Below, piece after piece: positions 24,408 to 34,161 of a DNA stretch of 64,000 bases (positions within the stretch are counted from its first letter, which is position 1; every line of letters starts with the position of its first letter). Made by a program: the position numbers and the translations under genes. Under the pieces are notes generated by a model. It was not told the DNA's origin. It worked only from the letters and a program-made list of their open reading frames with translations, and ran no database searches. The stretch is taken from NCBI GenBank assembly GCA_963843145.1, contig CAWJJC010000008.1, positions 1 to 64,000 of the forward strand, in the 5' to 3' direction. Origin of the DNA: an uncultured delta proteobacterium (GTDB lineage Bacteria; Desulfobacterota; RBG-13-43-22).

Positions 24408-25514
24408 TTACTGTTTGACCCGGCCGCCGTCGACCGCCTTTTCCAGCCCGGCAACGGCGATGCGCTCACCCGCCTTCAGTCCGGAAAGCACTTCCACCTT
24501 TTCTCCGTAGGGCCTTCCGCGCTTAATGAGTCGATAGCTCATGATCCCCTGACCATCGACCGCGTAGACCCCGGTCAGTTGCCCTTTTTCCACCACCGCC
24601 TCCTGTGGAATCAGGAGGACCTCTTTGCGGCCCTCCGGGATCAGTAGCCTCCCGAAAAGTCCTGATTTTAGCGACGGGTCCTTGAGCCCGACCTTGATCA
24701 AAAAAGTCCTGGTGGCTGGGTCGACGGCCGGGAAGACCTCTCCGATAGTCCCCAGTATCCGTCGGGCCGGAGAATCGAAAACCACCACCACCGGGCTCCC
24801 CACCTTCACCCGTCCCGAAAGCCTTTCATCGACGTTGGCCTCCAGCCTGAAGCCGGAGGTGTCCTCGACCGTTATCAGGGGGGTGCCCGGTGTCGCCAGG
24901 CTGCCTTCCTCGATCCGTTTTTCGGTAACCACCCCGGCCGCTGTCGCTCGTATCCGCGTAAATCCTTCCTGGATCCGGGCCTCCGCGAGCAAGGCCTTGG
25001 CCCGGGTCACCGCTTCTCCGGCCCGCTCATAATGAAGGCCGGCCACCTTTCCCCGGGCCTCAATCTGGTCCATCTCCTGCCGGGTGACGGCCTTCTCCTG
25101 AAAAAGATTTCCATAGCGATCCCTGGTAATTTCAGCCAGGGACTTGTCCTGGGCGGCAGACTCGAGGGCCTTTTGCGCCTCCCGATACCCGGCCTCGGCG
25201 GCGGCTACGCGCTGAACCGCCTCGCGGTCATCGAGTACCAGCAGAAGATCTCCAGCCTTGACCCGGGCCCCCCCCTGCACTTTCACTGACGTTACCGTAC
25301 CCATGGTTCGGCTGGCAATAACACTCGTCGTCTTGGCTTTGACCGTCCCGGAGGTCTCGTAGTAGGAATCCACCGGAGAGGGTCCGATGGTAGCCAGGGT
25401 CACCCCCCGGACTTCCGGTCGCTGCAACGCTACCGCACCCGGCCCGACTTTCTCTTGACATCCGACCAGAAGAAGCGCCATGACGGCGGTAACGGCTGAA
25501 AATAGTTTCTCCAT
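24408..25514 (-). CDS. RND membrane fusion protein
   Basis: Lipobox LVGC, lipoyl/alpha-hairpin layout, VDPATRTF. Confidence 0.9.
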   Translation of the reverse strand: MEKLFSAVTAVMALLLVGCQEKVGPGAVALQRPEVRGVTLATIGPSPVDSYYETSGTVKAKTTSVIASRTMGTVTSVKVQGGARVKAGDLLLVLDDREAVQRVAAAEAGYREAQKALESAAQDKSLAEITRDRYGNLFQEKAVTRQEMDQIEARGKVAGLHYERAGEAVTRAKALLAEARIQEGFTRIRATAAGVVTEKRIEEGSLATPGTPLITVEDTSGFRLEANVDERLSGRVKVGSPVVVVFDSPARRILGTIGEVFPAVDPATRTFLIKVGLKDPSLKSGLFGRLLIPEGRKEVLLIPQEAVVEKGQLTGVYAVDGQGIMSYRLIKRGRPYGEKVEVLSGLKAGERIAVAGLEKAVDGGRVKQ

Positions 25515-25527
25515 AAAATTCCCCCTC

Positions 25528-26874
25528 CTACCGTTCCAGGTTCAAATCCTGGATGATGGTCCCGCTCTCATAGCTCAGCCGGATGACAGCCAGCCGAAAT
25601 TCGTTTTCCCGCAGCACCAGATTCGCCCGGGCCTGGTCCAGGCTCAACTGCACGTCGAGCAAATCGACCAGGGGAGCGAGCGAATTTTCGAACCGGGCTC
25701 TTACCAGCCTCCTCCCCTCTTCAGCGGTCTGCACGGTCGACCGAGACAGCGCGGCATTCTTTTCGGCCTCGTCCACAGCCAGATAGGCCTCGGTAATTTT
25801 GAAAGCAATAAATCGCTTCAGCCCGTTCAACTGCTCCGCGGTTTCCGCCGCCTGGAAGCGCGCCTTCTTTCGCTTGGATTCTCGGTTGGCCCCGTCAAAA
25901 AGATCCCAGCGCAGGGTGGCCATGAGCTGCCAGCTCTCGCCGGAGGAACCGAAAGCCTGCTGGGGATCGTTGAGCTGATAGGCCCCGCCGACACTCAACG
26001 TAGGATAGTACCCCGAATCCGCCAGCTTTATTCCGTTCCGGGCGTTTTCCCAGCGGATCTTCAGGGCCTTCAGGTCTCGCCGAGCCTGGGCGGCGGCCTG
26101 GTAATAGGCCAACGCCTGAACCGCGAAATCCGGGACTTCCTCCAGGATATCCACCGCGTCTTCCAGGCCCAACAGCAATCCCAGCGAGCGCTTGGCCAGA
26201 ACAAAATTTTTATGGGCGCTGACGACCCTTTGTTCGGCCTCGGAAACCCGGGTCCTTCCCCGCAGGGCGTCCGAGTAAAGTCCGAGACCATTATTAAACC
26301 GCAGCTCCGCTATCCTCAGATGCTCCCGGGCATCCTCGACCGCCTGCCGGGCAACCGCGAGGGTTTCCTTGGCCGTGCGCACCTGCAGGTACGTTTGGGC
26401 CACTGTCAAGGCCGTAGTTTCACTTTTCCGGACGTAGTCTTCCTGGAGCGCGGCATATTCCTTTTGGGCCATCTCCAGTCCCACAAAGGCTTTCCGCTGA
26501 AAAATGGGCTGTTCAAACGTGACCAGCGTCTGGAAATCGTTGGTCGGCCCGGGGTTATTGAGGGCCCTGATGTTCAAATCCTCCGCTGAGAAGCGTCCCT
26601 CATTCAGCTTGGACGAAAAAACCATGGTGGGGTTGTTGGTGTGCAGGGCCCGTTCCTCAAAACTGAGACGCGGCAAAAGGAAGCTCCTGGCAACCTCAAC
26701 CTCCTCTTTTTGGGCATAGACCGAATTTTTCATGGCCCGCATCTCGTGATAATCCTTCAGGGCCATCGTGACGGCCTCGGTCAGGCCGACCTGTCGTTCA
26801 GCGCCGTACCCGTTCAGCGCCGGGATAAACAGCAGAAAAGCCAAGACGGCCGGAACAATGCGGCTGCGGTACAT
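25528..26874 (-). CDS. TolC family outer membrane efflux protein
   Basis: Signal peptide, YPTLS, WDLFDG, operon with MFP/RND; GGAGG RBS before 26874. Confidence 0.88.
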   Translation of the reverse strand: MYRSRIVPAVLAFLLFIPALNGYGAERQVGLTEAVTMALKDYHEMRAMKNSVYAQKEEVEVARSFLLPRLSFEERALHTNNPTMVFSSKLNEGRFSAEDLNIRALNNPGPTNDFQTLVTFEQPIFQRKAFVGLEMAQKEYAALQEDYVRKSETTALTVAQTYLQVRTAKETLAVARQAVEDAREHLRIAELRFNNGLGLYSDALRGRTRVSEAEQRVVSAHKNFVLAKRSLGLLLGLEDAVDILEEVPDFAVQALAYYQAAAQARRDLKALKIRWENARNGIKLADSGYYPTLSVGGAYQLNDPQQAFGSSGESWQLMATLRWDLFDGANRESKRKKARFQAAETAEQLNGLKRFIAFKITEAYLAVDEAEKNAALSRSTVQTAEEGRRLVRARFENSLAPLVDLLDVQLSLDQARANLVLRENEFRLAVIRLSYESGTIIQDLNLER

Positions 26875-27007
26875 GGAAATACCTCCCTCCCTTGGGATGC
26901 TTTTTTTGCGAAAAATTTTTCCTATTACTATCATGTACCCGCACTATTTGCAATTGCCTCCCGAGATTGGGGAATCAGAGGAATACCCGGTGGGAAGGAT
27001 GAAGGCA

Positions 27008-28384
27008 CTAGATGTCCTTCCCGGCCGTGATCCATTTTCCGGATTTAAACCGCCAGGCCATAAGTATCCCCTGGGCGAACATGGACAGGGTCATGGCCAG
27101 CCAGATCCCGGTAGGCCCCAGGGCCAGGGGGAAGGCCAGCAGCCAGGCCAAAGGAAGACGCACCAGCCACATGGCTGCTGAAATAACATAGAGCGGACCC
27201 CGGGTGTCTCCCGCCCCCATCAGGCTTCCGGACAGAGCCAGGCTGGCGGCCATCAGGGGTTCGGCAAGCATATTAATCTTTAAATAACGGACGGTCTCCT
27301 GGAAAACCAAGGGGTCGGTGGTCAGAAACCCGGCCATGGTTTCGGATAAAAGATAGACCACCGCCGCCAGGATTCCCAAAACCACGGCCCCGATTCCGGC
27401 TATCTGCCAAGCCAGCCGGGCAGCCCGATCCACCAGCCCGGCCCCCAGATTTTGACCCACCATCACCGAGGCAGCCATGTGCAGGGCAAAGGCCGGAAGA
27501 TAAATGATCGCTTCCAGCCGCAGGCCGTTGGAAAAAGCCGCCAGAGCGGGAATGCTCCCAGCGCCCATCCGGCCCAGGAAGTTGAACAAGACCACACTTC
27601 CGGCATTCCAGGCCAACTGCAGCAGGGCCGCGGGCCAGCTCCGAAAATAAAGGACCCGGACAAAAGACCGATCCAGGCGGAAAGGAGGACGAAGGACCGG
27701 CCGCCAGGATGGCCGCCACAAAAGGAAAAAGGTCAGGAGCGTCCCGAAAAGAAAGGAAATCGCCGTGGCCAGGGCGATGCCCGGGTAGCCCATCCGGGGT
27801 AACGGTCCGTAGCCGAAGACCAGCGCGAACTCCAGCAGAATGTTTAAGCCGCTGACCATGGCCATCACCAGGAGCGGCTTCTGCGGTTCTCCCCGGGCAC
27901 GAAAGATGGCCCCGGAGATAATTAGAAAATAATTAGGGCCCAGGGCCAAGGCAAAAATCCGCAGGAAGGTGGCGGCGATTTCCTGAATCTCCCGTGGGAA
28001 CCCGCTGAGCTGGACGATCCATTGAGGGGCGAAAATTCCTCCTAGACTCAGCAAGAAGGCGATCAGGATCCCGAAAATCAGGGATTGTCGGGACAGATGG
28101 ATTACTTCCTGGTCTTGCTGGGCCCCGCTGGCCTGGGAAACCAGAGAGACCGTTCCAATACCGATGGCATTGGCCAGGATAACCATCAAAAAATAAAGCT
28201 GGGCAATAAACCCAATGGCCCCCTGGACCTGGGAACTGATCATCCCGGCCACGTAAACATCCGTCAAACCGACCAGGAAATTAAAAACCATGATCAGCAG
28301 CATGGGCCAGGCGTTTTTCCAGATGCCGAGAAAGGTGTTTCCGCTGAGGGTGGTATTTAAGGTGGAGTTTGACGAAGGGAACAT
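27008..28384 (-). CDS. MATE family efflux transporter
   Basis: About 12 TM segments, VGQNLGAG, GAGDT, GIALAT. Confidence 0.9.
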   Translation of the reverse strand: MFPSSNSTLNTTLSGNTFLGIWKNAWPMLLIMVFNFLVGLTDVYVAGMISSQVQGAIGFIAQLYFLMVILANAIGIGTVSLVSQASGAQQDQEVIHLSRQSLIFGILIAFLLSLGGIFAPQWIVQLSGFPREIQEIAATFLRIFALALGPNYFLIISGAIFRARGEPQKPLLVMAMVSGLNILLEFALVFGYGPLPRMGYPGIALATAISFLFGTLLTFFLLWRPSWRPVLRPPFRLDRSFVRVLYFRSWPAALLQLAWNAGSVVLFNFLGRMGAGSIPALAAFSNGLRLEAIIYLPAFALHMAASVMVGQNLGAGLVDRAARLAWQIAGIGAVVLGILAAVVYLLSETMAGFLTTDPLVFQETVRYLKINMLAEPLMAASLALSGSLMGAGDTRGPLYVISAAMWLVRLPLAWLLAFPLALGPTGIWLAMTLSMFAQGILMAWRFKSGKWITAGKDI

Positions 28385-28427
28385 TGGATCCTCATCATCC
28401 TTATCAGAAAATTGGTCAATCTCTTGA

Positions 28428-28455
28428 TTGACAATCCTCTAATCTGCTTTAAAAT
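28428..28455 (+). promoter_or_regulatory. Sigma70-like promoter
   Basis: TTGACA-16 nt-TAAAAT upstream of AAGGAGG RBS of 28517. Confidence 0.55.
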
Positions 28456-28516
28456 ATAACGATTCAGGGATGCCTAAAGTAATAACGTAGAACGTGGAAT
28501 TAATAAAGGAGGAATT

Positions 28517-29245
28517 ATGGAAAAGAAGAAATACCTGAGCAGGATGGCGGCGGTTTTGTTGTTTTGGGGAGTTTTTTTCTCCTCCGGCCTTTTTTCTTTG
28601 AATCATTCCAGTTCCTTTGCTGCCGGTCCGGACTTTGAGGCCAAAAAGGTAGTGGAAACCAGCCTTTTGACCCTGGAAAGCTTTATGGCCGAACCCCCCA
28701 GCGCTGAATTTCAGGACCTGATCAAAAAGGCCCAGGGTATTTACATTACACCCTCTTTGCTCAAGGGGGCCTTTGTGGTTGGTGTCTCCGGCGGCAACGG
28801 GGTGTTGCTGGTCCGGGACAAGTTTTCCGGAAAATGGATGGGGCCGGCTTTCTACACCCTGGGAGGGGCCAGCTTCGGTGTCCAGGCCGGCGGGCAAGAC
28901 TCGGAGGTGGTTCTCCTGATTATGACCGAACGGGGAGTTGCGTCTTTCATGCGCAGCAACTTTAAGCTGGGCGTGGACACGGGCATCGCGGCCGGGCCGG
29001 TGGGAGGAGGCGTGGGGGCCGAAACCGCCAACCTCAGTGCCGACATTCTCAGCTTCTCCCGTTCAAAAGGGCTTTACGGAGGCCTTTCTCTGGGAGGGTC
29101 GGTCGTCAAAGTTAGAAGCAGATTGAACAGCGCCTTTTATGGAAAAAGTGTGTCCCCGGCTCAGATCCTGATTGGAGGACGGGTAAGCAACCCTTTGTCC
29201 AAGGGACTGCTGGAGGCTGTCGCCAAGGCCGCCGGAGAGAGGTAG
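28517..29245 (+). CDS. Ysc84/SYLF lipid-binding domain protein
   Basis: [27 protein letters not shown]; signal peptide. Confidence 0.88.
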   Translation: MEKKKYLSRMAAVLLFWGVFFSSGLFSLNHSSSFAAGPDFEAKKVVETSLLTLESFMAEPPSAEFQDLIKKAQGIYITPSLLKGAFVVGVSGGNGVLLVRDKFSGKWMGPAFYTLGGASFGVQAGGQDSEVVLLIMTERGVASFMRSNFKLGVDTGIAAGPVGGGVGAETANLSADILSFSRSKGLYGGLSLGGSVVKVRSRLNSAFYGKSVSPAQILIGGRVSNPLSKGLLEAVAKAAGER

Positions 29246-29255
29246 CGGGACCCGT

Positions 29256-30374
29256 ATGCGCCGGTTTGGATTGATTTTTTGGCTGATGGCCGTCGCTTTT
29301 TCATTGACCTCCCCGGCCTGCCGGAAGGCGGAGAGACCCGGGGAGAAGGGGGGTTTACCCATGATTCAAGGACAAGGAAATAAAACCTTGGCCGTGGCCA
29401 CTTTTGCCGGCGGCTGTTTCTGGTGCACGGAATCCGATTTCGAGAAAGTTCCCGGGGTAACCAAGGTCATCTCCGGCTATACCGGAGGAAAGACCGAAGC
29501 CCCCACCTATGAGCAGGTTTCCGCCGGCGGCAGCGGGCACGTTGAGAGCATTCAAGTCTATTATGACCCCCAGCAGGTCACTTATGAGCAGTTGCTGGAT
29601 ATTTTTTGGCGGCACATCAATCCCACCGATCCCGGCGGGCAGTTCGTGGACCGGGGAAGCCAGTATCGAAGCGTCATCTTTTATGACGGTCCGGAACAAC
29701 AGCGTCTGGCCGAACAATCCAAGGAAGCCTTGAATAAGTCCGGCCAGTTCACCAAGCCTATCGTCACGGAAATATTACCCCTGGGTAAATTCTACGAAGC
29801 CGAAGAGTATCATCAGGATTATTACAAAAAGAACCCCATCCGCTACCGGTACTACCGCCATGGTTCCGGCCGGGACCAGTTCCTCCAGGAGACCTGGGGC
29901 AAGGAAACGGCCGCCCCGGTTTCAAATCAGGCCTTCAAAAAGCCGGATGAGGCCACCCTGCGAAAACAACTGACGCCCCTGCAATTTAAAGTAACCCAGC
30001 AAAAGGGGACGGAGCCGGCCTTTAATAATGAATATTGGGATAACAAAAAGGAAGGGATTTATGTGGATATCGTTTCCGGAGAACCCCTCTTCAGTTCCCT
30101 GGACAAGTACGACTCCGGAACCGGATGGCCCAGTTTTGTACGACCCCTGGAGCCGGGTTCTATCGTCGAAAAAGAGGATAACAGCTTTTTTACGAAACGG
30201 ACCGAAGTGCGGAGCCGTCTGGCCGACTCCCACCTGGGTCATGTTTTCCCGGACGGGCCTAAACCCACGGGGCTCCGTTACTGCCTCAATTCAGCGGCCC
30301 TGCGCTTCATTCCCAAGGAGAAGTTGGAAAAAGAAGGTTTTGCGAAATACCGGCCGCTTTTTGAAAAGAAATAG
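29256..30374 (+). CDS. msrAB: Exported MsrA-MsrB fusion methionine sulfoxide reductase
   Basis: [34 protein letters not shown]. Confidence 0.95.
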   Translation: MRRFGLIFWLMAVAFSLTSPACRKAERPGEKGGLPMIQGQGNKTLAVATFAGGCFWCTESDFEKVPGVTKVISGYTGGKTEAPTYEQVSAGGSGHVESIQVYYDPQQVTYEQLLDIFWRHINPTDPGGQFVDRGSQYRSVIFYDGPEQQRLAEQSKEALNKSGQFTKPIVTEILPLGKFYEAEEYHQDYYKKNPIRYRYYRHGSGRDQFLQETWGKETAAPVSNQAFKKPDEATLRKQLTPLQFKVTQQKGTEPAFNNEYWDNKKEGIYVDIVSGEPLFSSLDKYDSGTGWPSFVRPLEPGSIVEKEDNSFFTKRTEVRSRLADSHLGHVFPDGPKPTGLRYCLNSAALRFIPKEKLEKEGFAKYRPLFEKK

Positions 30375-30415
30375 GTTGTTCGCCCTTTTGGGCGGGAGGC
30401 CACAATAATATGTAA

Positions 30416-30489
30416 GCCACCGTCAACCCCGAATGGCTGGGCTGTCCCCACTCGTCACCCCGGCCTCTGGCCATCCAGGGTTGGGTGGC
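30416..30489. repeat. Imperfect intergenic inverted repeat (REP/MITE-like or terminator)
   Basis: GCCACC..CAACCC..ATGGCTGG pairs with CTGGCCAT..GGGTTG.GGTGGC. Confidence 0.4.
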
Positions 30490-30913
30490 ATACCCCCCCA
30501 CACCCCCTAGGGGGGACTCAGTGTCTCCGGTCTCCTTCTTTATCTGATTGGTTGACTCAACAGGACTCCTACAAGTCCTTGAACCAGATTGCCCTCCCAG
30601 GAAACAATTTCCGTTAGAAATATTCCATCACAGGTAAAGCTCTCGTTAAAATAGAACCTCGCAATTGGAGTTAATGGTCTCTAAGAGTCCCAAGAACTGC
30701 GATGGGTGGCGTCGGATGTATTAGCCACTCACGCCCTGGCCTATACATCGGCATTTTGCATTCTTCTTACTGGGAATCTTACCTTTGTATGAGCGGTGAA
30801 TATGATTTCAACGGGGAGGCCCAAGCTATGCCGAATACATTGTAGGTGTTTCCGTCCTTTATTCTATCAAAGATCTCAAATAATCTTACCCAACAAAGAC
30901 AGGTGCTTAGCCG

Positions 30914-31162
30914 CTAATTTCTTTGTATCAGAGGTAAAAACAATTTAGCCGAATAATGGAGGATGGTGCCGTTCCACCCGTCGGTAAAGACATTGTTGCC
31001 CGAACTCCCCCAGATGTCCAAAAGGGTATTTCCTTGTGGTATTGGATTTTGCCACTCCCAATCCCCTCCCACCGCTAAACGAGGTGCTCCGCATAGTAAT
31101 AGGGCAGCGATCAGTGTGCTTAGCCATAAAAAATGATAGATGTTTTTATTCCTGATCTTCAT
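30914..31162 (-). CDS. Small secreted protein with one WGSS..GTILHY repeat and LFLPLI tail (probably collapsed remnant)
   Basis: ATG 31162 after AGGGGG; signal peptide; WEWQNPIPQGNTL..IWGSS. Confidence 0.55.
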   Translation of the reverse strand: MKIRNKNIYHFLWLSTLIAALLLCGAPRLAVGGDWEWQNPIPQGNTLLDIWGSSGNNVFTDGWNGTILHYSAKLFLPLIQRN

Positions 31163-31199
31163 AAGTCCCCCTAGAGATTGATCGATTGGTTTGGATAAA

Positions 31200-31536
31200 A
31201 AAAGGTGATCCCTTTGTTCAGACCGCTTAAGGTTGCCATTGGTGTTAGTCCCGGTATTAATCCAGAGTCCGTCACAGATGTTATTGGCGGTGGTGTCATA
31301 ACAATACTCATAGCTAGTCGCCCCGCTGCTGGTCCCCCAAGTGAGAATGGGATTGGTGGGCTGCCCTGTTGTTCCGGTCCCGGGAGTGTATTTTTTGAAG
31401 GTTCCAGGTAAACCTACCTGGGTAGTAAAGCTCCACCAGGTTCCTCTGCAGCGAATGCCGGCACAATATTCAGCGTCAAAAGCAGCACCGTCGTGAACGC
31501 GAATGCGAGTAGCGCAAAGAATGTCCTGTAGTTCAT
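31200..31536 (-). pseudogene. Chimeric remnant: signal peptide joined out of frame to an FN3-like repeat
   Basis: MNYRTFFALLAFAFTTVLLLTLNIVPAFAA from 31536; other frame WWSFTT..LTWGTSSGATSYEYCYDTT. Confidence 0.55.
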
Positions 31537-31646
31537 CTTTACCCCTCCTTGGTCCTATGCTTTTGCTATTTGGTGTGGTCGCTGTTTTTGAAGAACTCGT
31601 ACGCGTTCGGCGCGTCGTTGCCGAGCGCGTTGAATCTCTCGATTTC

Positions 31647-33524
31647 TCACCGCACAATCAATGGCAGATAGAGTTTGGACGGCGTCCATTCAACCGCTCC
31701 GATATCTCCGCCGGCGCCGAAAGGCCGTAGGATGCCGCGCTCATCCGTCAGCGGAAAATCCGAGCCCGAGACCCCGTCGATAGCAGGGCTGGACAGTTGC
31801 GGCAGGTGCGTCAACAAGGGCGCGCTCAAGCCCGTCGCACCCACGGAAGGACCGCCATTGAACGCGAGCGGGTTCAGCCGCACAGGAATATTGTTCTGGC
31901 TGCCGTTACCTCCTAGTCCGCAGGTCAGGTCGCTTGATAGGCTGTACTTGTCAGCGCTCGGAGTGGTCAGCGCTGCGCCGCCGCAGTTGGCGCCGCTGGG
32001 GCTGTCGCCGACCATGCTGTTCTTGAGCATGACGGTGTTTGCAAAGACGGAAAGATAGTTGAAGACGCCCCCCCCGCTGCGACCCGCACGGTTGTTCTCT
32101 ATCGTCACGTTCGTCAGGTTGCCCTTGCCGATATGGCTCGCATCCAATGCCCAGTTGTAGATGCCCCCGCCGTCCGCGGTTGCATTGTTGCCGCTGATGG
32201 TGGCGTTGGTCATGTAGAGCTGGTTATAGTTGAAGATGCCGCCCCCGCCCGCGATGTTGCCTGAAGCAGTGGAGGAGTTCGTGCTGATCGTCATGAAATT
32301 CAGGAACGCGCTCCCGGAGTTCAGCAAGCCGCCGCCCACACTGACCGCCGTGTTGTCGTAAATTATCGCGTTATCCATGATTAATTGGCCGCTCGAAAGA
32401 ATACCGCCCCCGTCGCCGGTCGAAGTGTTGCCGTTGATGCTGACGCTAGTCGCGTTGATAAGGCCATAGTTCAGTAGACCGCCGCCGCTTCGCGCCCGGT
32501 TGGCATTGAGCGTGACGTTGGTAAGCCCCAGAAAGCTGGGGTCGATGTCGTTGGCAATGCCGCCGCCATAGCCGGCTGTAATGACATTGCTGCTTACGAT
32601 CACATTTTGCAGGCGGAGATCGCCCGCCAAGTTGTGAATGCCGCCGCCCAGTCCCGAGAAGCTGCCCGCCACGGTATTGCCGCTCACGGTTCCGTTGGTC
32701 AGCTTAAGCGTGCCCGTGATGTTCTCGATGGCGCCTCCATTGCCGCTCAATGCCGAGTTGCTGGTTAGGTCAACGTTGGACAAGGTTACCTTAGCAGTTG
32801 CCCCACTGCTCGAGATGCCGCCACCGCCCGTCGCGGCTGTATTGCCGCTCAGGGTGCCCTGCGTTACGGTCAGTAGGCCGGCATTACGGATGCCGCCACC
32901 GTCGCCGGTGGCGGCCGAATTGTGCGTGAACGTGCTGTTATTGACCGTAAGCGTCCCCAAGTTGTAGATGCCACCACCAGAAAGGCCCGCCGAGTTGTCG
33001 TGCAGGTTGACGTTGTTCAATGTGGCGCTGGCACCGCTGTCCACATACAGTGCCCCGCCATTCTCTGTCGTGCCGCCGCTGTTGCAGCCATGCACCTCGA
33101 CGTTGTCCAGCTCAACGGTTCCGAACGTGATCAGGCAGCTGCCGCTGACGGCGGCACCGTGCGTCAGGGCCAGGTTGGTCAAGACCGCTTGGGTGCCGAC
33201 GTTCACCTGGATCAGTCGCGTGTTTCCCTGACCGTCAAGCACGATCGTATTGCCGCCGTTGGACCCGTCGATGGTCGTCCCGCTGACAGGAAAGACCACG
33301 CTGCTCAGCGGAATAGTGGCCGGCGCGTGGATGCCGCCGCAGTTGAAGGTGATCAGGCCCCCACCGGCCAGCAGACTGCTGAGTTGCACATCGTTGCTGC
33401 AATCTGTTACCACCCCGTCTGCGCGGGCTATGGACGCCGCGCCTATGAACGAGAGCATGATTCCGGCGAAAAATATGGCGACTCTTGCTCCCCATAATCG
33501 GCTTGGTACGTTGGTTGTCCCCAT
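31647..33524 (-). CDS. Secreted beta-helix repeat protein with choice-of-anchor-Q-like C-terminal domain and LYLPLI tail
   Basis: Many GGGIxN / NxA repeats; SPAIDG..DERG..DIGAVE; AGGAG RBS. Confidence 0.82.
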   Translation of the reverse strand: MGTTNVPSRLWGARVAIFFAGIMLSFIGAASIARADGVVTDCSNDVQLSSLLAGGGLITFNCGGIHAPATIPLSSVVFPVSGTTIDGSNGGNTIVLDGQGNTRLIQVNVGTQAVLTNLALTHGAAVSGSCLITFGTVELDNVEVHGCNSGGTTENGGALYVDSGASATLNNVNLHDNSAGLSGGGIYNLGTLTVNNSTFTHNSAATGDGGGIRNAGLLTVTQGTLSGNTAATGGGGISSSGATAKVTLSNVDLTSNSALSGNGGAIENITGTLKLTNGTVSGNTVAGSFSGLGGGIHNLAGDLRLQNVIVSSNVITAGYGGGIANDIDPSFLGLTNVTLNANRARSGGGLLNYGLINATSVSINGNTSTGDGGGILSSGQLIMDNAIIYDNTAVSVGGGLLNSGSAFLNFMTISTNSSTASGNIAGGGGIFNYNQLYMTNATISGNNATADGGGIYNWALDASHIGKGNLTNVTIENNRAGRSGGGVFNYLSVFANTVMLKNSMVGDSPSGANCGGAALTTPSADKYSLSSDLTCGLGGNGSQNNIPVRLNPLAFNGGPSVGATGLSAPLLTHLPQLSSPAIDGVSGSDFPLTDERGILRPFGAGGDIGAVEWTPSKLYLPLIVR

Positions 33525-34161
33525 ATAGTCACTCCTGTAGATACAATTGGGCAGTGTTGATAGATACCCGTGAGCCGCCAAACAGGTTACTCTGAAATTT
33601 CTTCCTTTTATCCTTCAAGCATAAAGATAATATCTTTAAAGTACAATAGGGGAAAACATTAATTTTTTGGAAAAAAAACTGGTATTTTTAAATTCCGGAG
33701 CCTTCCCCCTGTAACTTCCTTTCAGAAAGAGCAGAGGGAGTTCGATCTGATTATTCGGAGGATCGTATAAATAGGAGGAAGTTCAATCTTTTTGCCTTGG
33801 TTTCAACGGATTAGCGATTGAAATCCTTTTAAATGGCCCACCCGTTAAAAAAAGAGTTCAGGAAGATATTCACCGGATGACCTCCTAAGCCATTAAGAAG
33901 AGGACTCATTTTGCCCTTTTTACCCCCCAAAAACTCCCAGAGTTGTAACGGTAATCAACCACCAAGGCCCTCAGAGGTCCACTGTCAGTAAGGGTCATAG
34001 GCCGAGTTGGCCGACCTCCCTAAGAATAGTTCAAAGGCAAATAAATGGACTCCGGGATGGCCGGGGAAGGTTCCCGGAAAATATGGCCGGAAAGGTGGTT
34101 ATCGGTCGAAAGGGGTGTTCCTAACTATCTAAAATATAATGATATTTAACCCTTCGTTGAG

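Noticed and set aside
25480-26589. Long antisense ORFs (also 43393-44603, 11500-12435, 61410-62435)
   Set aside because: Shadows of well-supported genes on the opposite strand in GC-rich DNA
29410-29430. Sec-containing MsrA
   Set aside because: Catalytic GCFWC is encoded by ordinary Cys codons
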